This document shows positions 27,470 to 35,860 of a DNA stretch of 64,000 nucleotides, one piece after another. The translations under genes were made by a program, and so were the position numbers. The DNA lies in NCBI GenBank assembly GCA_038040445.1, contig JBBPIG010000014.1:79210-143209 (forward strand), in the 5' to 3' direction. The notes beneath the pieces are model-generated. The model did no database searches. It saw only the letters and a list, made by a program, of their open reading frames with translations, and was not told where the DNA came from. The stretch comes from Candidatus Onstottus frigus (GTDB lineage: Bacteria > Acidobacteriota > Blastocatellia > UBA7656). Every line of letters begins with the position of its first letter. Position 1 is the stretch's first letter.

Positions 27470-27603
27470 AATTGGGAAATCTCAAACTGACCCACTACCG
27501 AGCCGCGGACTCGCTAGTAAAAACCCCATCCATCCGCTAACATCACGGTTTACGCTTGCATGCGGATAGACGCCTGAGAGAACCAGGGATTGCCAGGGAT
27601 TTA

Positions 27604-28962
27604 ATGATCGAGAAGAAAAAAGTCGGAATGGTGAGCCTGGGCTGTCCTAAGAACCTCGTGGACAGCGAGGTGATGATGGGCCTGCTCGCGCGACAGGGTT
27701 ACGAGTTGACTACTGACTCGCGCGCGGCCGACGTGCTTGTGGTCAACACCTGCGGCTTCATCGACTCCGCGAGGCAAGAGTCGGTCGAGACTATTCTCGA
27801 AATGGCCCAACTCAAACAGTCGGGCAATCTGAAGCGCTTGATAGTCGCCGGCTGTTTGGTCGAGCGCTACCGCGATGAGCTTCAGCGCGAGATACCGGAG
27901 ATCGACGCTTGCATCGGAGTCAATCAGCTAAAGGAAATCGAATCGGTCGTCGAGCCTAACGGCCACCGGGTCTTGCCGGTTTATAGCGACGGCGCCTCCG
28001 CGCCTGAGCTTTATCTGTACGATGAGACCACTCCGCGTTTGCGCGCCACGGCCCCGTACACTTCTTACGTGAAGATCGCCGAGGGCTGCGACCATACTTG
28101 CGCGTTCTGCATTATCCCAAAATTGCGCGGCGTCTTTCGCAGCCGTTCACCCGAGTCCATCTTAAGGGAAGTCGAAATGCTTGCGGCGCAGGGCGTGAAA
28201 GAGTTCGTGTTGATCTCGCAAGACACGACGACTTACGGCTCGGATCTTGGGCTCAAGGACGGCCTCGCCCGGCTTGTGGATTCGATAGCGGGTGTTCCAA
28301 GCGTCGAGTGGGTGAGGTTTCTTTACTGTTATCCGACGGCGATTACCGACGAGTTACTGCGCGTAGTGGCCGAGCGCCCAAACGTCTGCAAGTATTTCGA
28401 CATCCCGCTTCAACATGCGAGCCGCCGGGTGCTCGGTCGTATGCGGCGAGGTGGCGGCCGGGCGGCTTATGAACGGATGATCGAGCGCATACGTGCGCGA
28501 GTGCCCGGCGTCGCCCTTCGCACGACCTTCATAGTTGGATTCCCTGGCGAGCGCGAAGAAGACTTCGAGGAGCTTCTGGACTTTGTGCGCGCCGCGGAGT
28601 TCGATCGGGTTGGCGTATTCACTTACTCGGATGAAGAGAACTCCGCGGCGTTCGAGCTTGACGAAAAAGTCGACGGCGCCGTTGCGAAGAAACGCGAGAG
28701 CCGGTTGATGAAAGCGCAGGCTCGAATATCACATCGTAAGAATCGCCGCCTGGTCGGCAGCCGCGTAAGAGTGTTGCTCGAGGGCAAGTCCAAAGAAAGC
28801 GACTTGCTGCTTGAAGGCCGCATGCAATCGCAAGCTCCGGAGATCGACGGGTCTGTGTTGATAAACGACGTGCCTGACGGCGTTGAGCCGCGACCCGGTG
28901 ATTTCGTAACCGTCGAAATAACCGAGGCGCATGAGTACGATCTAATTGGCCGCGTTGTCTGA
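27604..28962 (+). CDS. rimO: ribosomal protein S12 methylthiotransferase RimO
   Basis: Start at ATG 27604. VSLGCPKNLVDSE...VVNTCGFI, radical-SAM CDHTCAFC, C-terminal TRAM domain. Confidence 0.9.
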   Translation: MIEKKKVGMVSLGCPKNLVDSEVMMGLLARQGYELTTDSRAADVLVVNTCGFIDSARQESVETILEMAQLKQSGNLKRLIVAGCLVERYRDELQREIPEIDACIGVNQLKEIESVVEPNGHRVLPVYSDGASAPELYLYDETTPRLRATAPYTSYVKIAEGCDHTCAFCIIPKLRGVFRSRSPESILREVEMLAAQGVKEFVLISQDTTTYGSDLGLKDGLARLVDSIAGVPSVEWVRFLYCYPTAITDELLRVVAERPNVCKYFDIPLQHASRRVLGRMRRGGGRAAYERMIERIRARVPGVALRTTFIVGFPGEREEDFEELLDFVRAAEFDRVGVFTYSDEENSAAFELDEKVDGAVAKKRESRLMKAQARISHRKNRRLVGSRVRVLLEGKSKESDLLLEGRMQSQAPEIDGSVLINDVPDGVEPRPGDFVTVEITEAHEYDLIGRVV

Positions 28963-29007
28963 TCGCCCAGGCCGGTAAGACACAAGAGCCTTGCGGGATC
29001 TCATCGC

Positions 29008-29541
29008 TTGAATCCCTCTTCACCCATCAAAAAAGAACGCATCACGGCGAGCGACCGCGTCGCATATGCGATAGCGACGGGACTGGGAGCGGGCTTCGTG
29101 CCTGTTGCCCCCGGGACTGCCGGCGCCGCCGAAGGTGTGGCGATTTTTCTCGCGGTCCTGGCGCTGCGTTTAGGAGAATGGCCCTCGGTGTTCGTGTTGG
29201 TGATTCTGAACATCGTGCTCTTTGCCGTTGGAGTGTGGGCTTCGAGCAGGACTTGCGAAATCACTCAACTCAAAGACCCGCGCTTGATAGTAATCGACGA
29301 AGTAAGCGGTCAGTTGATCTCGCTAACGCCGCTCGCATTCTGGGCGCCATTCTCGATCAAAGCGGTCGTCTTCGGGTTCTTGCTCTTTCGCTTGTTCGAT
29401 ATCTTCAAGCCATATCCGATCCGCAAGCTCGAGCGGCTTCATGGCGGACTCGGGGTGATGGCTGACGACGCACTCGCGGGAGTCTACGCGGCTACGCTGA
29501 TATGCCTCGGGCTTCTGGTCGATTTGATGTTCTCTGCCTAA
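29008..29541 (+). CDS. pgpA: phosphatidylglycerophosphatase A
   Basis: GLGAGFVPVAPGTAGA...IVIDEVSGQ...FRLFDIFKPYPIRKLERLHGGLGVMADDALAGVYA matches PgpA. TTG start. Confidence 0.85.
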   Translation: MNPSSPIKKERITASDRVAYAIATGLGAGFVPVAPGTAGAAEGVAIFLAVLALRLGEWPSVFVLVILNIVLFAVGVWASSRTCEITQLKDPRLIVIDEVSGQLISLTPLAFWAPFSIKAVVFGFLLFRLFDIFKPYPIRKLERLHGGLGVMADDALAGVYAATLICLGLLVDLMFSA

Positions 29542-29551
29542 TCTTGCGTGA

Positions 29552-30301
29552 ATGATTCAGTTTGACATGGATCTTGAGCGGCTCAAAGAGATCGTCCAGC
29601 GCGGTGATTCGAGCGGCGAGCCTCGCATCGAGATAATCAAGCGAGCAGAACGAAGGGGCAAGCGCCTCGGGGCGTTCGCCTCGTCATTCAACCCGCCAAC
29701 TATCGCGCACGTCGAATTGATGCAACGATCCGCTGAAGCCTTCTCACTCGACGAAATCATTGCGCTTGCGGGTAAGACCAACGCCGACAAGGTTGATTAC
29801 GAATGCACTCTTGAAGAGCGGCTTGCGATGCTTACGCTCGCGTTTGCAGACCAGCCTCGCACATCGATCGGCTTATCGTCGCACGGCTTCTACGCGGACA
29901 TGATTGACGCTCTGGAGCGTGTCTATCCGCCGGAAACCGATTTGCACTTCATCGTCGGCTTCGATACATTCGAGCGCGTGCTTGATCCGGACAACCGCTA
30001 CACGCAGAGATACTACCGGGCATTCAACAGCCGAATTGAAGCGCTTCAGTATCTGTTTGCCCGGAGCCGTTTTATCGTAGCAGGGCGGGCGGGAACGGGA
30101 TTGGACAGCATCGCGGCGCTGGTCGAGCGCGAGCCGGATGTGCCATCCGAGCGAGTCTTGTATCTGGATTTTCCGGCTGACCTCGGCGAGCTTTCGGCGA
30201 CCGATGTGCGCAACCGCCAACGCTTACGCAGGCCGATCAAAGAGCTAGTGCCGGAAGAGGTGGAGGAGTACATAAAGAAGCACGGACTCTATACGACGTA
30301 A
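29552..30301 (+). CDS. NadD-like nicotinate/nicotinamide-nucleotide adenylyltransferase family protein
   Basis: GAFASSFNPPTIAHVEL (HxGH-type motif) and LSATDVRNR (ISST-type motif). Confidence 0.65.
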   Translation: MIQFDMDLERLKEIVQRGDSSGEPRIEIIKRAERRGKRLGAFASSFNPPTIAHVELMQRSAEAFSLDEIIALAGKTNADKVDYECTLEERLAMLTLAFADQPRTSIGLSSHGFYADMIDALERVYPPETDLHFIVGFDTFERVLDPDNRYTQRYYRAFNSRIEALQYLFARSRFIVAGRAGTGLDSIAALVEREPDVPSERVLYLDFPADLGELSATDVRNRQRLRRPIKELVPEEVEEYIKKHGLYTT

Positions 30302-30365
30302 GCAGACCTGCGCGTCTGTCAGCCTCGGCGCGCGTGTGTTCGCCCTTCGAGTCGAACGGACATTT

Positions 30366-31604
30366 ATGCTGAGAGCCGAAATAATAGCCATCGGATCCGA
30401 GTTGCTGACGCCTTATCGCACGGACACGAACTCGTTGTGGCTGACCGAACGGTTGAACTCCGTCGGCATCGAAGTTCAGCTCAAGACAATTGTCGGTGAC
30501 GATGAAGCCATTCTCGAAGAAAGCGTGCGCGACGCTCTTAAGCGTTCAGAGGTAATAATCTCGACCGGGGGGCTGGGGCCGACCGAAGACGACATCACGC
30601 GAAAAGTCTTCGCAAGAGTCACCGGCCGGCAACTCACGCTCGATTACGAAGTGCTCAAGGGTATACGCGAGCGCTTCTTGAGCCGCGGTCATCAAATGAC
30701 CCCGAACAACGAACGGCAAGCGCTCATTCCACAGGGCGCCAAGGTGCTGCCAAATCCGAACGGCACCGCGCCCGGAATAAAGATCGAGCAGGAGGGCAAG
30801 CTGATGGTTTTGCTTCCCGGGCCGCCGCGCGAGAACCAGCCAATGTTCGATGACTACGTGATGTCCGACCTCGAACGGATGTCCCGCGGGGTGCGCATTG
30901 CCAAGCGAGTGCTGAAAGTTACCGGGCTCGGTGAATCGGCGCTCGACGATATGATCGCGCCTATCTATAAGGAGTACACGAACCCCTCCACTACCATTCT
31001 GTTCACGGATTCGGAGATAGAAATACATCTGACTGCAACGGCCGAGACCGCCGCTCGAGCTGAAGAAATCGCCGAAGAGCTGACCGGCAAACTTGAAGAG
31101 AAGCTCGGGTACTATGTTTACTCGACCACGGGTGAGTCGCTTGAAGAAGTGGTTGGTCACCGGCTTCGAGTGAAGCAGTTCACCATCGCCACAGCCGAAA
31201 GCTGCACCGGCGGTCTGGTCGCCGAACGCTTGACTCGCGTGCCAGGTTCGAGCGACTACTTTGCCGGAAGCGTCATCAGCTACACCAACGAGGCGAAGGC
31301 CCGGCTTCTCGATGTACCCGAAGAGATGCTCGAGCGTCTCGGGCCGGTGAGTGGCGAGGTTGCCGAGGCGATGGCGCGAGGCGTCAAAGCGCGAGTCGGC
31401 GCGACCATCGGCGTCAGCGTAACCGGCACCGCTGGCCCGGGCGGCGGTACGGACGCCGTGCCGGTCGGAACGGTCTATATTGGATTGGCCGACGACGTGG
31501 TGACTTCGAACAGGCGGCTGGTGCTGCCGGGAGATCGTCACCTCGTTCGCTGGAGAGCTTCAACAGCCGCGCTCGAGATGGTACGGCGCCGATACCTCCT
31601 TTAG
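30366..31604 (+). CDS. cinA: CinA family protein (competence/damage-inducible; NMN amidohydrolase C-terminal domain)
   Basis: Start at ATG 30366. MLRAEIIAIGSELL...STGGLGPTEDDIT plus C-terminal TIATAESCTGGL. Confidence 0.9.
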   Translation: MLRAEIIAIGSELLTPYRTDTNSLWLTERLNSVGIEVQLKTIVGDDEAILEESVRDALKRSEVIISTGGLGPTEDDITRKVFARVTGRQLTLDYEVLKGIRERFLSRGHQMTPNNERQALIPQGAKVLPNPNGTAPGIKIEQEGKLMVLLPGPPRENQPMFDDYVMSDLERMSRGVRIAKRVLKVTGLGESALDDMIAPIYKEYTNPSTTILFTDSEIEIHLTATAETAARAEEIAEELTGKLEEKLGYYVYSTTGESLEEVVGHRLRVKQFTIATAESCTGGLVAERLTRVPGSSDYFAGSVISYTNEAKARLLDVPEEMLERLGPVSGEVAEAMARGVKARVGATIGVSVTGTAGPGGGTDAVPVGTVYIGLADDVVTSNRRLVLPGDRHLVRWRASTAALEMVRRRYLL

Positions 31605-31614
31605 TAAGTTTTTT

Positions 31615-31801
31615 GTTTCTGGTTTCTTGTTTCTGGTCCCCGAGTCCGTGGTTGGACGTTTCTGGTTTCTGGTCCTCGAGTCCCTGGTTGACTGATGAAA
31701 AATTCTCGTCCAACAGAACTAGAAACCAGAAACCAGAAACCAGAAACAAGGAACTCTGAGCATCCAACAGGCCAGAAACCAGAAGCCAGAAACCAGAAAC
31801 T
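31615..31801. repeat. mirrored heptamer-repeat block (GTTTCTG x5 on the left, CAGAAAC-type x8 on the right)
   Basis: Left arrays at 31615-31635 and 31658-31671, each followed by gtcc(c/t)cgagtcc(g/c)tggttg(g)ac. Right arrays agaaacc x4 at 31721-31748 and 31774-31801, each preceded by (g/a)tccaac. The left and right halves are reverse complements. Confidence 0.85.
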
Positions 31802-31807
31802 CTAACC

Positions 31808-33535
31808 ATGCCCTCACTCAACCATCTTCTATTTCGACTCGAAGAATCGAAGCGCCAATTTGGCGCGGACAACGGAGGGCGCACGGAAAAGCTTCTTGCT
31901 TTGCTCGGCCAACGGCGGTTTCGGGATGTCGATTCTCTTATTCGCTTTCACGAAGCGCTTCTGTTCGTCCGCTCCCATCCTCAGAGCGAGGCCGCGTACC
32001 GCATTTCCAACCAGCTTCTTTCAACTTTTTCCGGCCGAGTACGCGAGCTTCAATCGTCGGGCGCGGACCTGACACCCTTCGACTACATCGAGTATTCCGG
32101 CATTGCCGGTACGGTGATATCCGGGGCCTTCAGCTATGACATCAACCGCTTCCTCGTTGACCGCCATCCTACAAGCGTCGAAGGGGACTGGAACGGGTAC
32201 AAGAAGTCCGAGCGGCTGGGCGCAACGCTGCCGCGATTCCTCCCGCTGCTTTACGAGGAGTCTCTGGTTGAAGCGAACATTCCGTACCTGGCTTGGCTTC
32301 GCGCGGCGCTTCACGCGGCAATGGGCCGCAAGAAGCGGCGAGATCTGGAGTGGCTTGTACGTCGATTCGAGCGATTAGAGATTTCTGAAAGGCAAAAGGC
32401 GGAGCTCTTCGATTCGCTAGAGATCCGCACTCAATGGGATCTCGGCGACTCGCGAGCTTCTCGCACGAGAAACATGCGGCGGGTCGGGAAAGTCGTCTAT
32501 CACACCGGCCCGCTTATTCGACGCAGCGAGGTTTCTCTCGACAAAGAGTTTCAGGCCCCGCCGATCGAGCTGAAAAAGCTTTCTCGCAAGCAGGGCAAAG
32601 CGATGCAAGACATGCTTCGCGACACAACGACGGTCCGCTACAGGGAATTGTACGGGATCACCCACGGCGATCCCGACGGCGTGGTGCGAGCCGACGTGGG
32701 CCGAGGGGTCGAAATGTTTCTTTGGGGCCTGCCGCCCGAGCGCCGCTTGCCGCTGCGTGCTTATCACGCCGGGTTCACGTTGAAGAACGGCGTTCCGATC
32801 AACTATATCGAAGGCATCACGATCTGCGATCGGATGGAGATTGGTTTCAACACGTTCTACACGTTTCGCGAGGGAGAGTCGGCGTGGGTGTATGCGACGG
32901 TGCTCAGGCTGCTGCATCAGGTCGTGGGGGTGACCTGTATATCGATCGACCCATATCAGATCGGCTTCAACAACGACGAGGCGATCGAGTCGGGCGCATT
33001 CTGGTTCTATCGGAAGCTGGGCTTCAGACCGACGCGGCGTGAGTTGGCCAGGCTGATGGAATCAGAAGAGAAGAAGATCGCGGCGGATCCGGAGTACCGC
33101 ACACCCGCGCGGGTGCTGCGGAAGCTGTCGGCGGGAAATGTTGTTTACGAGGCGCCAGGGTCGCCGCGCGGCGACTGGGACCGGTTTGCAATTCGCAACC
33201 TCGGGCTAGCCGTTCAGCGGCGCATGGCCGGGGAGTTCAACGGCGACGCTGAGATGATTCGAACCATGTCCGCCAATGAAGTCGCTCGATCTCTCGGAAT
33301 GACGCCGAAGAGCTTAAGCGGATCGGAGCGCCAGGCATTCCAAGACCTTGCGCTAGTGCTGGCCTTGATCCCTGATCTCGCTCAATGGACCGAGCCTGAA
33401 AAAAGAAAAGTCGTTCAGACAATTCGCGCAAAGATGGGCGCGGATGAATCCCGGTACGCGCGGTTGCTTCAGCGTCATGCAAAGCTGCGGGCTGCACTTA
33501 TCGGCTTAGGTGAGCCAGAGGAAAAGCCGTTCTAA
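31808..33535 (+). CDS. hypothetical protein (575 aa) with GNAT-like C-terminal half
   Basis: Long ORF. YHAGFTLKNGVPINYIEG...GVTCISIDPYQIGFNNDEAIESGAFWFYRKLGFRP resembles an acyl-CoA N-acyltransferase fold ending. No SD; the ATG lies 7 nt after the heptamer repeats. Confidence 0.55.
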   Translation: MPSLNHLLFRLEESKRQFGADNGGRTEKLLALLGQRRFRDVDSLIRFHEALLFVRSHPQSEAAYRISNQLLSTFSGRVRELQSSGADLTPFDYIEYSGIAGTVISGAFSYDINRFLVDRHPTSVEGDWNGYKKSERLGATLPRFLPLLYEESLVEANIPYLAWLRAALHAAMGRKKRRDLEWLVRRFERLEISERQKAELFDSLEIRTQWDLGDSRASRTRNMRRVGKVVYHTGPLIRRSEVSLDKEFQAPPIELKKLSRKQGKAMQDMLRDTTTVRYRELYGITHGDPDGVVRADVGRGVEMFLWGLPPERRLPLRAYHAGFTLKNGVPINYIEGITICDRMEIGFNTFYTFREGESAWVYATVLRLLHQVVGVTCISIDPYQIGFNNDEAIESGAFWFYRKLGFRPTRRELARLMESEEKKIAADPEYRTPARVLRKLSAGNVVYEAPGSPRGDWDRFAIRNLGLAVQRRMAGEFNGDAEMIRTMSANEVARSLGMTPKSLSGSERQAFQDLALVLALIPDLAQWTEPEKRKVVQTIRAKMGADESRYARLLQRHAKLRAALIGLGEPEEKPF

Positions 33536-34947
33536 AGGCCGTGTTTCTTTTTCAGGTTGTGCACGTGAACCTTTGACACGCCCAGCTTGCGGGCTGCCCG
33601 CGTGAGGCTATTGTTCGTCTGGCGCAACGCGTTGCGAAGCAGGAACCCTTCAAGCGTGCGCTTCGCCTCTTGCCACCGCGGCAACTGATTGCCGTCAAAG
33701 ACGAGGCGATTGTCATCCGTGAAGATTATCTGCTCTTCATACTTCGCGGACACTCGGTTGAACTCCTCGCCAAGGAAGGCATCCTCGATCCGGTTGAGTA
33801 ACTCGCTCGCTCGGACAAGCTGCGTTCTTCCCGCGCGCGTGTCCAAGCTATGAAACGCCTCAGCCAGGTAAATTGTGGCCTCGAGCTCGACCCGCCGTGC
33901 GGAAGATCCAACACAGGCCTGAGCCAGTTCTGCCGCCTCACCAAGCACCTCGGTCGCCTCCTTAAACTCGCGCGCGGCCAGTTTCACGAGGCCGAGCGCG
34001 ATGCGCGCGCGCACGCGAGTTTCTGTTGCGGAACCCTGGTCGCTAAGCTCGACGGCGATCCTCGCGTGTTCAGCGCTAACCTCGGGCTCGTCTCGCTGAA
34101 GCACGATCAGGGCAAGGGTAGACATCGCTTCGCTCTCACCTGAAGGATCTCCACGGCGCAGCTCGCGGCTCTCCTCGGCGAGCTTTTCCGCCCGCTCGAA
34201 ACGCTTCAGTTTTATTAGTGCGCGCGCGAGTTTAAGCTGGCCGTCTGCGAGATCTTTTTTGAGGTCGTACCGCTCGAGGACGGTGTCGGCTTCCTTGTAG
34301 ATTTCCAGGGAGTCCTGGAAATTGCCCAGAGAGCATTTGAGGTCGGCCATCCCCATCAACGCGCGTGCGTAGAAGCGACCGCGCTCACTATTCTTGAGCA
34401 GCCGCATCGCTTCTGAATACATCTCGGTGGCTGGTTCGATCTCCCCACGTTCTGCGGCCAGCGCCGCCTGCTCGGTTAAGATTATCCCGCGCAGATACTC
34501 GGTACGTTTGCTGGTGCGTCCCTTGATTCCATTCTGGGCTGCTTCGAGTTTGATCGCGGCATCGTCCAACTCGCCTCGTCGACGAGCAAATCGGGCCAGG
34601 TTGAGCAAAGCCCGGCTGATGCCAAAGGTGTCGTTTAGGAACAAGTAGAAGTGGTAGGCCGATTGAAGCTGCGTCTCCGCTTGCTGGTTGTCTCCGCGCC
34701 AATGTGCCAGCCGTCCTTTCGTGAGTGAGAAACGCGCGGCAACGTTGATGTCGGCAATTCGCGGGGCGACCTCTTCCAGCAAGGCTGATGCGTCCTCAAG
34801 CCTATCGAAGTACATCGCGACCTCTGAGCGAACTACCATCTCCATCGGTTCATTGGTCCGTCGTTCGGAGAATATTTCCTCTGCTGCCAGGAACTGACCA
34901 CTATCGATCAGCTCAACCAGACTCTCTTGCGATGCTCGCCTTTCCAT
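33532..34947 (-). CDS. TPR-repeat protein with C-terminal Fis-type HTH (no AAA+ domain)
   Basis: C-terminal LLRNALRQTNNSLTRAARKLGVSKVHVHNLKKKHGL is an HTH_8/Fis-type motif. The upstream 400 aa are TPR-like. Its 3' end overlaps the convergent gene by 4 nt. Confidence 0.7.
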   Translation of the reverse strand: MERRASQESLVELIDSGQFLAAEEIFSERRTNEPMEMVVRSEVAMYFDRLEDASALLEEVAPRIADINVAARFSLTKGRLAHWRGDNQQAETQLQSAYHFYLFLNDTFGISRALLNLARFARRRGELDDAAIKLEAAQNGIKGRTSKRTEYLRGIILTEQAALAAERGEIEPATEMYSEAMRLLKNSERGRFYARALMGMADLKCSLGNFQDSLEIYKEADTVLERYDLKKDLADGQLKLARALIKLKRFERAEKLAEESRELRRGDPSGESEAMSTLALIVLQRDEPEVSAEHARIAVELSDQGSATETRVRARIALGLVKLAAREFKEATEVLGEAAELAQACVGSSARRVELEATIYLAEAFHSLDTRAGRTQLVRASELLNRIEDAFLGEEFNRVSAKYEEQIIFTDDNRLVFDGNQLPRWQEAKRTLEGFLLRNALRQTNNSLTRAARKLGVSKVHVHNLKKKHGL

Positions 34948-35860
34948 TTTTTAACCCCTTACCTGGCGTTGCACGTTGTGCCAATTGGTGCGCAGCAATC
35001 GCACAGGGGTACACATGACCTCTGTGGTCCAGCACAATGACCGCCGCTATCCTTCCCACTTTTCTAATTCTTGCCTGAATCGCAACCCGGCGAAGTTTTA
35101 AACCGAATCCACCCCCTTCGTCGGGTTGACGGAATTCTAACAGTTATTTCACAGAGCGAAAAGCGGATCTGGAACAAAAAGTTGAGAGTAAGCTCATCTT
35201 GGAGTCGCCAGCTGGGATTCCAAGCAACAACAGGTCTAATCCGTTCCGTTTAAGCTGAATATATTGACTATGATCTTCTAGGCTCGAACTCGATGGGGTC
35301 TCTTAGAGCGAGAAGTGTGTTGCCGTCATTGGTGGAGCGACCAAGGCTGTTCATTGTTCTTGACTCTCCCCGACGAAAGCAACGCTCGAGACTCTTCTCT
35401 TGCCGCCAGCCCCGAGGCTTAGGGAACCGTCACAGGACCGATGGTAGCGGTTCGTTTGGCAAGTCTACTTTGGAGTTCAGGCCGACACCGAAAACCTTTT
35501 TGCTGCCGAGGCAAAAGATAGAAGAATCACTACTCGGTACATCAGAACAGCGACATCAAGACGAGGCGGGTACAGACTGGGGTTCGATTAACGACGCATT
35601 CCCTACGGTTACCCCCGGTTCTGAGGCCGGGGGTAGCCGCTCTTCTTACTCTGAGACAGCGTAGCGGTGGCCTTCTGAATCGCTTATGCCGCTGCCTGTC
35701 TCTGAATGGAACCTATGACCTAACGGGCAAGTGAACCACACCGAGTCCTCGGTGGAGGCTACCCGTCGGAGGGGGTTAAAGCACTTTGGGCATTTCATAA
35801 CCGTATTCTAGCATGGGTTTTGGATTCTGTGGGGGTTTTTTATATGCGATTTCCCCGTTT

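Larger units (their letters stand above)
24041..27499 (+). mobile_element. IS1-family transposon-like element with passenger genes (3459 bp)
   Basis: Terminal inverted repeats GGTAGTGGTTCAATTTGAC (24041-24059) and the reverse complement of 27481-27499, GGTAGTGGGTCAGTTTGAG (16/19 identical). 8-bp direct duplication GAGCCGCG at 24033-24040 and 27500-27507. Internal IS1-like transposase. GC lower than flanks. Confidence 0.7.

Noticed and set aside
30546-31541. 331-aa minus-strand ORF
   Set aside because: It is a shadow ORF antisense to cinA, which has unmistakable family motifs.
31692-31698. CUGAUGA, a hammerhead ribozyme core motif, in the centre of the heptamer block
   Set aside because: No matching GAAA core or three-helix junction could be built. 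The motif sits in the apical loop of the gttgac/gtccaac hairpin.
31615-31801. Possible CRISPR array
   Set aside because: The repeat unit is 7 nt, tandem and without spacers, arranged in mirrored orientation, and there are no cas genes. It is not CRISPR.
31414-31884. 156-aa minus-strand ORF spanning the heptamer block (…VSGFWLLVSGLL…)
   Set aside because: Its repetitive peptide is just the translated heptamer repeats, and it overlaps the cinA 3' end and the start of the 31808 gene.
34950-34995. Sigma54-like TGGC...TTG sequence near the TPR-HTH gene start
   Set aside because: The GG-N10-GC spacing is not satisfied (ctggcgttgcacgttgtgcc), and it is on the wrong strand for the adjacent gene.
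35290-35800. Known RNA classes (RNase P, tmRNA, SRP, TPP, cobalamin, c-di-GMP, ZTP and fluoride riboswitches; group II intron domain V)
   Set aside because: The signature cores are absent or only superficially similar: GAGGAAAGUCCGGGC, GGGG...UUCGAC with a CCA-end T-arm, GGAAGCAGCC, the thi-box, and the B12 box. The CTGAGA and ACCTATGACC strings do not form the TPP P4/P5 helices. The region is therefore left unclassified.
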